Assembly: GCA_964016885.1 (NCBI GenBank) | Contig: OZ024761.1 | Location: forward strand, 13,516,001-13,580,000 | Direction: 5' to 3' | Source of the DNA: Eledone cirrhosa | Taxonomy: Eukaryota | Length of the DNA stretch: 64,000 nt | In this document: in pieces, positions 39,801 through 50,014 of the stretch | Position numbering within the stretch: position 1 is the stretch's first letter | Layout: every line of letters starts with the position of its first letter | The notes under the pieces: generated by a model | What the model saw: the letters and a program-made list of their open reading frames with translations, nothing else | Databases searched by the model: none | What the model was told of the DNA's origin: nothing | Made by a program: the position numbers and the translations under genes

Positions 39801-39989
39801 AGATGATCAAAAGAGAGGGTGATCAAAAAGGAGAAAAGGAAAGAGACAATAAAAAATATACAAAAAGATGAGAGAATAAAATAATTGATGAAGTAAATTG
39901 TATACCTTTGGCAGTATTTCAGTGAGGGAAAGACATGTGGGAGATAACAGCAATAAGAACAATAATTCTGGTAATATTAAATAAGACAT
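14686..39989 (-). CDS. 14-exon gene for an uncharacterised 970-aa type I transmembrane protein with LTD-like repeats, mucin stalk and endocytic tail
   Basis: All 14 exons are bounded by AG/GT with matching phases; total 2913 nt open; signal peptide, INE...IE(I/L) motifs, TM helix and FNNPFY occur in sensible order. Confidence 0.9.
14792..16386. repeat. 40-bp minisatellite, ~39 copies
   Basis: Unit gagcttactgaacaggtgtctataata(g/c)aacaaaattaga. Confidence 0.97.
16400..16850. repeat. Purine-rich ~33-bp minisatellite
   Basis: ggagggtggagaggatgagggagaggaagagaa repeats. Confidence 0.85.
16860..16974 (-). CDS. Exon 13 (transmembrane helix)
   Basis: ttttacag|..EDTSNGNVTLAVLLSLLAVFVIIVAIVFIYMKYKRKNLR|gtgagt. 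Confidence 0.92.
17080..20280. mobile_element. piggyBac-type MITE with ~2.9-kb internal tandem expansion (60/70/72-bp units)
   Basis: Starts ttaacccttta gcatttacattactc, ends aaatgctaaagggttaa; unit acatttacattactctatatatactattgtattttcacagtaaaggctttacctcacata(atatctcaca(ta)). Confidence 0.88.
20500..20700 (+). mobile_element. Degraded R4/Dong-like non-LTR 3' fragment
   Basis: Remnant ..ALG..VQK..AHILRKVL C-terminus. Confidence 0.5.
20720..21536 (-). mobile_element. Head-to-tail cluster of four SINE A copies
   Basis: Copies at ~20720-20948, 20955-21134, 21152-21342, 21358-21536. Confidence 0.88.
22015..22209 (-). CDS. Exon 12
   Basis: tttctag|..DISTNLTKHMAVVNITLLGY...STFTPDKLSK G|gtaaga; phase 1-1. 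Confidence 0.88.
22278..22655. repeat. G-rich ~30-bp minisatellite
   Basis: ggggacagtggggaatatggaggacaatata variants. Confidence 0.85.
22890..23191 (-). mobile_element. SINE A copies (partial + full)
   Basis: Same family motifs; further copies at ~23897-24083 and 25236-25450. Confidence 0.85.
23338..23570 (-). CDS. Exon 11
   Basis: ctttcag|A ELSADWSLNLCEDKEIKVSAPSFNKLNKC...KDFFK G|gtaaat; phase 2-1. Confidence 0.88.
25678..25865. mobile_element. piggyBac-type MITE, partial (same family as 11590 and 17080)
   Basis: ttaaccctttagcattcaaaccagccatatccggccagaattc; other copies at 28180-28396 and 28792-28980. Confidence 0.75.
26269..26438 (-). CDS. Exon 10
   Basis: ttgccag|RLGNTGVLRLY...PIDCVAY...VEISP AG|gtatgt; phase 0-2. 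Confidence 0.88.
26675..27795 (+). pseudogene. Decayed RTE copy with nested SINE B
   Basis: VSKVRVG...VHQDSTLSPLLFII, frameshifted YADD, many stops; SINE B on the minus strand at ~26935-27256. Confidence 0.85.
27923..28074 (-). CDS. Exon 9
   Basis: cttacag|..DTAISPVGQYTLVYS...YKELFK|gttcgt; phase 1-0. Confidence 0.85.
28400..28792. repeat. ~106-bp tandem repeat, ~4 copies
   Basis: gttacatctcacacctatgtaagtttagctg...ggaggtttcttggg; related inverted array at 33850-34240. Confidence 0.8.
29049..30144 (-). CDS. Exon 8 (mucin-like S/T/P stalk and start of the third LTD-like repeat)
   Basis: tttcag|NTNISSLVRFC...S/T/P-rich...LRINEILVGKIKMSDNWIELK G|gtgagt; 1096 nt, phase 0-1. Confidence 0.92.
30290..30343 (-). 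CDS. Exon 7
   Basis: ttttcag|TYPELYPPQQQDIQYVYR|gtaatt. Confidence 0.8.
30698..30811 (-). CDS. Exon 6
   Basis: atacag|TVTVVLNFTS...IDGVVIG...LKMW|gtaagt. Confidence 0.85.
30953..31430 (+). mobile_element. RTE family-1 3' end followed by SINE B
   Basis: 30953-31112 matches 8038-8203; SINE B at 31117-31430. More RTE 3' ends at 31718-32032. Confidence 0.85.
31534..31617 (+). ncRNA. Type I hammerhead ribozyme with extended stem II (Penelope fragment)
   Basis: cctt CTGACGA gagttt...aaactc GAAA ccgattcgg TA aagg; all three stems pair. Confidence 0.8.
33483..33790 (-). CDS. Exon 5
   Basis: caccag|TT QSNVIICYEE...SSPTRGRVNSC...FNATAK|gtttgg; phase 1-0. Confidence 0.85.
33850..34240. repeat. ~105-bp tandem repeat, ~4 copies
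   Basis: ggccagctaaacctacatagtgagacctgtaataacatgataggactgaggtcccctatcattaaaacaccc. Confidence 0.85.
34240..34782 (-). mobile_element. CRE-clade non-LTR retrotransposon 3' fragment (restriction-like endonuclease)
   Basis: LEPVGLDRGDGKRPDG...K.LKY...VPLAVETSG...FFQRVSLAFLQGNAFSIL with a frameshift; GC-rich. Confidence 0.8.
35103..35130 (-). CDS. Exon 4 (28-nt microexon)
   Basis: ttttctag|ATT CTT CAG AGT TTT ACT AAA AGG GAT T|gtaagt; required to bridge phase 0 to phase 1. Confidence 0.8.
35172..36412. repeat. 45-bp minisatellite, ~27 copies
   Basis: ttaaccctttcattaccatatttctaatgaaagacactgtctatgtca-type unit. Confidence 0.97.
36609..36753 (-). CDS. Exon 3
   Basis: ttccag|A SNNMSLDGLYTNSKGFFVLS...SNKSQ|gtaact; phase 2-0. 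Confidence 0.88.
36967..37314. repeat. Palindrome of two SINE B 5' halves (~170-bp arms)
   Basis: The arms are near-perfect reverse complements around the loop ccactgca. Confidence 0.92.
37981..38102 (-). CDS. Exon 2 (start of the first LTD-like repeat)
   Basis: gttatag|VWINEVYRSNNPLEDFIEIYDGGSGNVSLTDISLQISNGS AT|gtaagt. Confidence 0.9.
38120..38405 (+). mobile_element. R4/Dong-clade non-LTR 3' fragment
   Basis: RIWGCREIKVVLIVIGTLGTI...LQKACLLGTARTL; sits in (TAA)-rich flanks. A similar end lies at 21545-21665. Confidence 0.75.
38418..38825 (-). mobile_element. Two tandem SINE A copies
   Basis: Family motifs as above. Confidence 0.85.
39150..39830. repeat. Two purine-rich minisatellites (~32-bp and ~44-bp units)
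   Basis: gatcagggcagagaaagatgagggaaggggaa; gatcaagacagaagatcaaaggagagaagat. Confidence 0.85.
39906..39989 (-). CDS. Exon 1 coding (signal peptide)
   Basis: tttcag|AA ATG MSYLILPELLFLLLLSPTCLSLTEILPK|gtatac; the acceptor 2 nt before the ATG implies an upstream non-coding exon. Confidence 0.88.
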
Positions 39990-40056
39990 TTCTGAAATAG
40001 AGATAGAATGTAGATATTAACATATTTCAATGCTTAAATACATCTATATATATATA

Positions 40057-40446
40057 TATATTAATAAAAGGAATTCCAACTTTGTCTGATTTACTCGTTT
40101 TATTTACAATCCTTTAAAATTTATAATGGTATTAGAATGAAATAGTATGGTAGAATATTAAATGTTAAGTGTTAATTGAACAAGTACTTTCATGCTTTCG
40201 CAATCTTCAGGTTCATATTCTGTGGTGACAGTCAAGTTTGCAATTTTTACAGTTGAAAATTGCAAACTTGACTGTCACCACAGAATATGAACCTGAAGAT
40301 TGCGAAAGCATGAAAGTACTTGTTCAATTAACACTTAACATTTAATATTCTACCATACTATTTCATTCTAATACCATTATAAATTTAAAAGGATTGTAAA
40401 TAAAACGAGTAAATCAGACAAAGTTGGAATTCCTTTTATTAATATA
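40057..40446. repeat. Near-perfect 390-bp palindrome of Penelope pLTR origin, one hammerhead per arm
   Basis: ~190-bp arms around tacagttg; tgaac CTGAAGA ttgcgaaagcat GAAA gtac TT gttca at 40288-40326 (+) and 40177-40215 (-). Confidence 0.92.
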
Positions 40447-40478
40447 ATCTTCTATACACAATCATACACACCCGTGTA

Positions 40479-40522
<44 letters not shown>

Positions 40523-40614
40523 ATATTAATAAATGGAAACTAATTTGTTGAGTGCTTTATATCAGTTTTAAAATGTTTAAGCTTGTTGAATCCCAACAAA
40601 TTAAATATAACCTC

Positions 40615-40645
<31 letters not shown>

Positions 40646-40733
40646 CATCATCATCATCGTTTAACATCTATCTTCCATGCTAGCATGGGTTAGACATATA
40701 TATATATATATATGTATTATTTAATATAGAAAT

Positions 40734-40785
40734 GGCTTCTACAGGACTAGAACTGTTTCATTCGAAGGAAATCATCAGGAAAGCC
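40734..40785 (-). ncRNA. Type I hammerhead ribozyme motif
   Basis: ggctttc CTGATGA tttccttcgaat GAAA cag ttctagtc ctg TA gaagcc. Confidence 0.7.
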
Positions 40786-40875
40786 TTCCTGATGATTTCT
40801 TTCGCTTTCCTCATGTATTGATTACCTTACTTACTGTGGTTACCTCCAATTGGAGCCGGGATATCTATATCTATA

Positions 40876-41080
40876 TAGGAAAAGAGTCAGGACCCCGACA
40901 GCTGAGCTCCGGACGTTTCAACAGCTAGATCCAAACTGTTCAGATCTAGCTGTCAAAATGGCCAGAGCTTAGCCGTCGGGGTCCTGACTCTTTTCCTACT
41001 ATCCACTCTACTACCCTAAGTATCGAGTACTCTGGTGTGTTATGGTCCACCTGGTTTCTTACCACACTTTCTTTGTCCTT
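40876..41080. mobile_element. Penelope-like terminal fragment with ~55-bp inverted arms
   Basis: aggaaaagagtcaggacccc...ggggtcctgactcttttcct; same end at 12087-12138, which carries the 3' half of a hammerhead. Confidence 0.6.
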
Positions 41081-41097
41081 TATCTATCTATATATAT

Positions 41098-43236
41098 ATC
41101 ATCATCATCATCATCATCATCAACGTTTAACGTCCGTGTTCCACGCTTGCATGGGTTTGGACGGGGGTAGTCCCACTTGAGGCAAGAGTGATTGTCTTGC
41201 TCGCATAGGACTGTCTGGCAGGTTTTCTACAGTTGGATGCCCTTCCTAACACCAACCACATTTACAGTGTGGGTCTGGGAGGTTTTTACCGTGTTGCCTA
41301 CACGGCCACATTACAGCGTGGACTGTGTGTTTTTTTGTCGTGACACCTACACGATCTCATTTGTTTCGGCCTGGATGGCGCGGCACCAACATAACTTTAC
41401 ATAGGACGGGGTGGTGTGGATGGGGTGGGGGTGGTGGTGGTGGGACGGGGTGTATTTTGTTAGAGATGCCTACTGGCTGGAGTAGGTTTTACTATATATT
41501 TAGGTAAGGCGGGTCTTCTCTGTTACTGAGTACCGCCAAAGGTCTCGGTCCAGTGACATTGTCTTGGAGAGGTGTAAGTGTGTGAGGTCGGAGTTTATCA
41601 GCTCGTCCCAGGTTTTTCTAGGTTTGCCTATTCCGTGGCTACCGTCTATCTTTATTGCCCTGCACTTTGTTATACAGCTATCGACTTTCATGCGCATCAC
41701 GTGTCCATACCAACGTAGCCTTCTCTCGAGTAAACAGCATCTGATCCCTCTTATCTCTAATTCTTTCCTTAGTTCGTTTATGCTTTGCCGTTCACGTATA
41801 TTACTGTTACACATCCAGCGGAGCATGCAAGCTTCGTTCCTCTCTAGTCTGCGTATATCCTCTGCACACAATGCCCATGTCTCACTGCCATGCAACATTG
41901 CTGTTCGTATGCAGGCATCGTACAACCTGCCTTTCATTTTTAGGGAGAACCCATTAGCAGCTAATAGTGGTATAAGCTCTCTGAACTTTTTCCAACCAGT
42001 TCTGACTCTAGCTACAGTACTTTCAGAGCACCCTCCCCCACTGCTGATTTTATCGCCCAGGTAACGGAAGCTGTCCACTATTTCTATAGAACCCTCTGCG
42101 CAATTGAAAGAGCTAGTATTTTGTGGGCACTTGCTGCTACTTATTGCACCAGAACACCGGCCACATGTAAAATCTATGTTCTTAGTTAGCTTACCTGTGA
42201 TCCCACTACATCTTTTATGCACCCATACTTTGCATTTAGGACATAAAATGGAGTTTCTACCTACGCCTTTCCTACACACCGAGCACGACCATTTCCCAGA
42301 AGGGACCGCCGCCTTGTTTTCTTTCCTACAAACTAGAACTTTGGTCTTAGCCAGGTTAATTTTAAGTCCTTTTGACTCTAGGCCGTGCTTCCATGTTTGG
42401 AATTTCTTCTCTAGCTCAGCCATTGATTCCGCTATGAGTGTCAGGTCGTCTGCGTATAGGAGTTCCCATGGGCAGCCTGTCTTGAACTCCTCTGTTATAG
42501 CCTGAAGGGCAATAATAAATAGTAGGGGGCTGAGAACAGAGCCCTGATGGACGCCAACTTTTACGCTAAACTCTTCACTATATTCGTTGTTAATTCTAAC
42601 CTTGCTGACTGTTTCTTTATACATGGCTTGTATAGCCCTCACAAGCCATTCGTCAACGCCTAGTTTTCTAAGAGCCCACCAGATAATGGAGCGGGGGACT
42701 CTGTCGAAGGCTTTCTCCAAGTCGACAAAAGCTAAGTAGAGGGGTTTACCTTTAGCTAGGTACTTCTCCTGTAGTTGTCGTACTATGAAAAGAGCGTCTG
42801 TGGTACTTTTGCCTGACACAAACCCGAACTGCATTTCATCTAGGTCAATTCTCTCTCTGATTAGTTGCGCTATTACTTTTTCCGTGACCTTCATGACCTG
42901 GTCGATTAATTTAATGCCTCTATAGTTACTCCTATCTAGGGCGTCTCCTTTACCCTTATAACAGTTAACGATGATGCTGCTATGCCAGTCCTTCGGAACA
43001 ACCCCATTCTGTACGACTTGGTTAACTATGCGGGTGACCATGGTGTGTCCCACCGTGCCAGATGCCTTCAGCATCTCAGCAACTATTTCCGAAGGCCCAG
43101 CCGCCTTACCCGTCTTCATATCCTTGATTGCCTTACTTATTATACTCCCCTCAACTAACACTGCTGGTCCCTCTATTGGGTCGATATGGGGGAGACTGTC
43201 TTTCTCCCATTTATTCTCCTCATTTAGTAGCCATAT
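41098..43236 (-). mobile_element. 5'-truncated RTE LINE (family 2), RT frame still open
   Basis: ORF to 41500 with QFGF, FVDLEKAFD, YADD, PHD finger, FRYLG; ~400-bp 3' UTR and (GAT)n tail. Confidence 0.95.
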
Positions 43237-43257
43237 ATGTATGTGTAAAAAGTGCAC

Positions 43258-43556
43258 ATAGCCCACACTGTAAAGTGATCGTGTAGGTGTCACAGCAAAA
43301 AGTTCCCAGCACACACTGTAAAGTGGTCGTGTAGGTGTCACAGCAAAAAGTTCCCAGCACACACTGTAAAGTGGTCATGTAGGTGTCACAGCAAAAAGTT
43401 CCCAGCACACACTGTAAAGTGGTTGTGTAGGTGTCACAGCAAAAAGTTCCCAGCACACACTGTAAAGTGGTCGTGTAGGTGTCACAGCAAAAAGTTCCCA
43501 GCACACACTGTAAAGTGGTCATGTAGGTGTCACAGCAAAAAGTTCCCAGCACACCC
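43258..43556. repeat. 48-bp tandem repeat, ~6 copies, derived from an RTE UTR motif
   Basis: cacactgtaaagtggtcgtgtaggtgtcacagcaaaaagttcccagca. Confidence 0.92.
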
Positions 43557-43679
43557 TGTGTCAATATTTATATACATATATAAAAAGTTCCCAAATATAT
43601 GTATATAAATATTGACACGTTGGTATTGTGTTAAGCCTGCGAAAAGCGTGGAACATGGACGTTAAACGATGATGATGAT

Positions 43680-44682
<1,003 letters not shown>

Positions 44683-44774
44683 TAATAAATGGAAACTATA
44701 TTAATAAAACCATATTTATTCTATTATATATATTTCAAGGGTACCAAAGCTTTGTTGAATTAAATACCCCTTTG

Positions 44775-44852
<78 letters not shown>

Positions 44853-45160
44853 AAAGTTTTATTTAAAATTGTTGGGTTACAACAAGTAAATATTTTATAA
44901 CTGATATAAAGCACTCGACAAGTTTTTGGAGTAGATATACGATATTAATATATTAATATTAATATACGATATAGTTTCCATTTGTTTAATATCGTATATA
45001 TATATATATATATTTATTTATATATATGTGTGCGTGTGTGTGAGTACATGTGTGGAATTACACAGGCGTGAAGCATAACACACTGGCAGGTGTGTACAAG
45101 TTTTTGTCTGTTGACACATACCACTGAAATCAGGTTTATGGAAACTAAGCCAAAGCTTAC

Positions 45161-45177
45161 ATACGTATAGCTCTTTG

Positions 45178-45218
<41 letters not shown>

Positions 45219-45295
45219 ACACACACAACGTGTTTGAGTCTCCATAACAACCGATAGCCATCTAATCTGACGTAGATCTTCGTCGTTTCCACGTA
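45161..45295 (-). promoter_or_regulatory. Candidate promoter / non-coding first exon with RFX X-box-like motif
   Basis: Donor TAT|GTAAGC at 45161/45160; GTCTCCATAACAAC at 45238-45251; TGACGT at 45268; CpG-containing unique island among microsatellites. Confidence 0.45.
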
Positions 45296-45297
45296 TG

Positions 45298-45354
<57 letters not shown>

Positions 45355-45372
45355 ATATACATATATATATAG

Positions 45373-45404
<32 letters not shown>

Positions 45405-45423
45405 ATATGGGTGTGTGTGGTGT

Positions 45424-45477
<54 letters not shown>

Positions 45478-45566
45478 ATATATATATATGTATATATACA
45501 TATATATATAGATATATATAGATATATATTTATATATATATAGGTGTGTGTGGTGTATACATATAT

Positions 45567-45655
<89 letters not shown>

Positions 45656-45663
45656 TATACATG

Positions 45664-46572
45664 TACAGAACGGGATGGAAAAAGTTCAGAGAGCTTATAC
45701 CACTATTGGCCGCTAAAGGTTTCTTTCTAAAAATGAAAGGCAGACTGTATGATGCCTGCATACGAACAGCTATGTTACATGGCAGTGAGACGTGGACATT
45801 ATGTACAGAGAATCTGCGCAGACTGGAAAGGAACGAAGCATGCATGCTCCGTTGGATATGTAATAGTAATATACGTGAACGGAAAAGTATAAATAAACTA
45901 AGTGAGAAATTAGGAATAAGAGGGATCAGATGCTGTTTACTTGGGAGAAGACTACGTTGGTATGGCCACGTGATGCACATGAAAGACAACAGCTGTATAA
46001 AAAAGTGCAGGGTGATCAAAATTGATGGTAGTTACGGAGTAGGCAGACCCAGAAAAACCTGGGACGATTTGATAAATTCCGACCTCACACACATCTCTCT
46101 AAGACAATTTCCCTGGACCGACATCTTTGGCGCTACGCAGTAATACAGAAGACCCGCCTTGGCTAAGTACAAAGCGAAACATACAGTCAGTAGGCACCTC
46201 TTAACCAAATATACACCCCAACCCACTACCCCTACCCTATCCTCCCACTCCCACCATCACCACCCTCTCTCTGTAAAGTTGGTACCATAACATCCAGTCC
46301 AAATAAATGAGATAATGAGATCGAGATCGTGTAGGTGTTATGACAAAAAAACATACAGTCCACGCAGTAATGTGGCCATGTAGGTAACACGGTAAAAAGT
46401 TCCCAGTCTACACTGTAAATGTGGTTGGTGTTAGGAAGGGCATCCAGCCATAGAAAACCTGCCAGATAGTCCTATATGAGTGAGACTCGGTCACACAACC
46501 AACCTTGCCTCAAGTGGGACAACTCCCGTCTAACCCATGCTAGCGTGGAAGATGGACATTAAACGATGATGA
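45664..46572 (+). mobile_element. 5'-truncated RTE family-2 copy
   Basis: [14 protein letters not shown]...RWYGHV; same 3' UTR as 41098-41500. Confidence 0.92.
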
Positions 46573-46591
46573 TATACACATATATATATAT

Positions 46592-46862
46592 GAAACTAAT
46601 GGTGGATGGGTGCTCCACGAGAATGCTGAGGATGGCTCAGAACATTAATCAGTATACACTGAGGATGAAAAACTCAGAGCTGTATGGGAGCCTCCCAAAA
46701 GTCAGCTCAAAAGTGACACAGAGGAGACTGAGGTTAACGTATGTTGATGCCCCAATGACAGACACTGGTCTGTTAGAGATGCAGGACATGGCAGCGATAA
46801 TGAGGGACAGAGACTGCTGGAGAAAATTCGCCCATGGATCTCGGGAATTTTACCGGCCCTAG
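46592..46862 (+). mobile_element. RTE/RTEX-like LINE 3' fragment with internal deletion
   Basis: DGCSTRMLRMAQNI...[20 protein letters not shown]...MRDRDCWR. Confidence 0.7.
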
Positions 46863-46870
46863 ATAGATAG

Positions 46871-46920
<50 letters not shown>

Positions 46921-46960
46921 ACATATATATATACATATATATATATATATACATGTATAC

Positions 46961-47045
<85 letters not shown>

Positions 47046-47054
47046 CATATATAC

Positions 47055-47090
<36 letters not shown>

Positions 47091-47134
47091 TACATAAATC
47101 AACAAAGAAGCCTTTAATACATTAAAAATCTTTA

Positions 47135-47180
47135 TTCGCTGACAATGTTTCGTCCCAGTAATTAGGACTCTTCAGAGCAA
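47135..47180 (-). ncRNA. Canonical type I hammerhead ribozyme motif
   Basis: ttgct CTGAAGA gtcc taattactg ggac GAAA cattg TC agcgaa. Confidence 0.82.
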
Positions 47181-47870
47181 GGAAAAGACAAAAAATATCA
47201 AGGCTAGAACAAGCCAAAATTCAGAAGAATCGAGAAATAGAAAAATAGAAATTTAAAAGTTACATTATAAGATATAATATGTAGGTAATATAAAAGCAGG
47301 ATAAGGGGGCAAGATCTAGGATGTTGTGACATAATTAGATTACAGGTAACTAAGAAAGGGCACTTAATTACTAATAGGTAAAAACTTATAAAATTAAAAA
47401 CAGACCCGATAATGTGTAAAAAAGAATATTTCGGAAAATTATCCAGGAAAGACGTGTCAAACCTAATAGGGTACATTGGTACATAAAAACTATAGGGCAA
47501 GAGAGCAAGCAAACATTAAAATAGCCACGTTAAAAGTACAATATAAGTCCAATACTCGAAATACAACATAGTAATATAATCCGAGAAATAAGATATAAAA
47601 AATATAATATAATATACAATACAATGCAATATATAATACAGAAATAAAATTTAATATATATATATACACGCACACTCACACACATATATATACACACACA
47701 TACACATACACATATTAACACAAATATATATATATATGCACCATAATAGAATAATCACCCTGACGGTGTGATTAAACAATACTAAAATCAAAGAAATATT
47801 GACAATAAAAAAATATTGACATTAATATTGACATTATATATATATATGTATATATATATATGTGTATATA

Positions 47871-47911
<41 letters not shown>

Positions 47912-47919
47912 GTATATAC

Positions 47920-47976
<57 letters not shown>

Positions 47977-47977
47977 C

Positions 47978-48024
<47 letters not shown>

Positions 48025-48071
48025 CATATTTATATATATACATATATATATATATACATATATATATATAC

Positions 48072-48136
<65 letters not shown>

Positions 48137-48206
48137 CATATATGTATATACATATATATACATATATATATATATATATACATATATGTATATACATATA
48201 TATACA

Positions 48207-48238
<32 letters not shown>

Positions 48239-48255
48239 CAGATATATATATATGC

Positions 48256-48322
<67 letters not shown>

Positions 48323-48335
48323 CATATATATATAT

Positions 48336-48868
48336 AACTTTGAATAACTTTGAAATGTTTTGGCCAGTATTGGCCCAGGCTATGTCTAACTTAATAGCAC
48401 CACCTGGCGAAGTCTTTCAATTCAGGATTTGGGTACCATGGCCCATTCGAGAAGAGAATTACTGTTTGCGGAGACATATCCGGGTGTGGGTGGTTTGTCC
48501 GGGATTACTTGGAGGAATTTGTCCAAAGACTTCTTGAATTTTGTGTGGTCAGTTTCTGTTTTGACGTGTCCTGGTGTGATGTTGAAGAGAGCAGGGCCGA
48601 TTGAGGTGAAATAATTGTGCCGTATTGTTGTTATGAGTTGCGATTTAGATTTTTGTATGGGACGGATAGCACGGGGCCCAAGCCTTGGGTGTATCTTGAA
48701 GGCGATGCCAACATCATTTGGGCAGTGATGATGGAACATTTTCCACATCATGCAGATAATATAACGCTCACGGCGACGTTGGAGTGAGTAAAGTTTCAGC
48801 TTTTCTAGTCGACCCCAGTAGTCAATGTCTGACATGCCATCTATCTTTTTCGTGATTGCCCTTTGAGG

Positions 48869-48870
<2 letters not shown>
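48336..48870 (-). mobile_element. CR1/L2-group LINE 3' fragment
   Basis: [31 protein letters not shown]...LFNITP...FKKSLDKFL; (ttcaaagtta)n tail. Confidence 0.85.
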
Positions 48871-48902
<32 letters not shown>

Positions 48903-48939
48903 ATATATATGTACATATATGTATACATATATATGTACA

Positions 48940-49025
<86 letters not shown>

Positions 49026-49082
49026 CATATATATACATATATATATGTATATATATATACATATATATACATATATATATAC

Positions 49083-49121
<39 letters not shown>

Positions 49122-49146
49122 CATATATATATACATATATATATAC

Positions 49147-49241
<95 letters not shown>

Positions 49242-49254
49242 CATATATATATAC

Positions 49255-49307
<53 letters not shown>

Positions 49308-49533
49308 CATATATATATACATATATATATATATATACATTATGTAGATAAATCTACCAAGAGTTTACGGTAGTGTCCAATCCGTATGAAGAACTCAATG
49401 TATTCCGGATATCATGGAAAGAAGAGATGTAATGAAAAACCACTTTCGGTGAAAGATAAACGGTATACAGAGTCAAGATAAAATATTAAACAAATAATGA
49501 ATAAACAATTCCTTATATTAAACAAAAAAAGTT

Positions 49534-49684
49534 CATTATTTAACGATCGTTTCTAGGATATATATGTGTTAGAATTGGTATGCATATTCAACAGATCTAT
49601 GTACAAAATTATACAAAATTATACAAATTATCAAGATTAAATATACATACCAAACACATATATACGCCGTCTTCAGAAATAATG
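49534..49684 (-). ncRNA. Hammerhead-like motif with ~110-nt stem II extension
   Basis: cattattt CTGAAGA ...tatatatgtgtttggtatg...cataccaattctaacacatatata... GAAA cgatcg TT aaataatg; 8-bp stem I. Confidence 0.6.
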
Positions 49685-50014
49685 TATGTATATATATATG
49701 TATGTATATATGTATGTATATATATATGTATGTATATATGTATGTATATATGTATGTATAGATATATATATATATATATATGTATGTATATATGTATGTA
49801 TAGATATATATATATATATATATATGTGTATGTATATATGTATGTATATATATATGTATGTATATATGTATGTATATATATATGTATGTATATATGTATG
49901 TATATATATATGTATGTATATATGTATGTATATATGTATGTATATATGTATGTATATATGTATGTATATATGTATATATATATATGTGTATGTATATATG
50001 TATGTATATATCTA

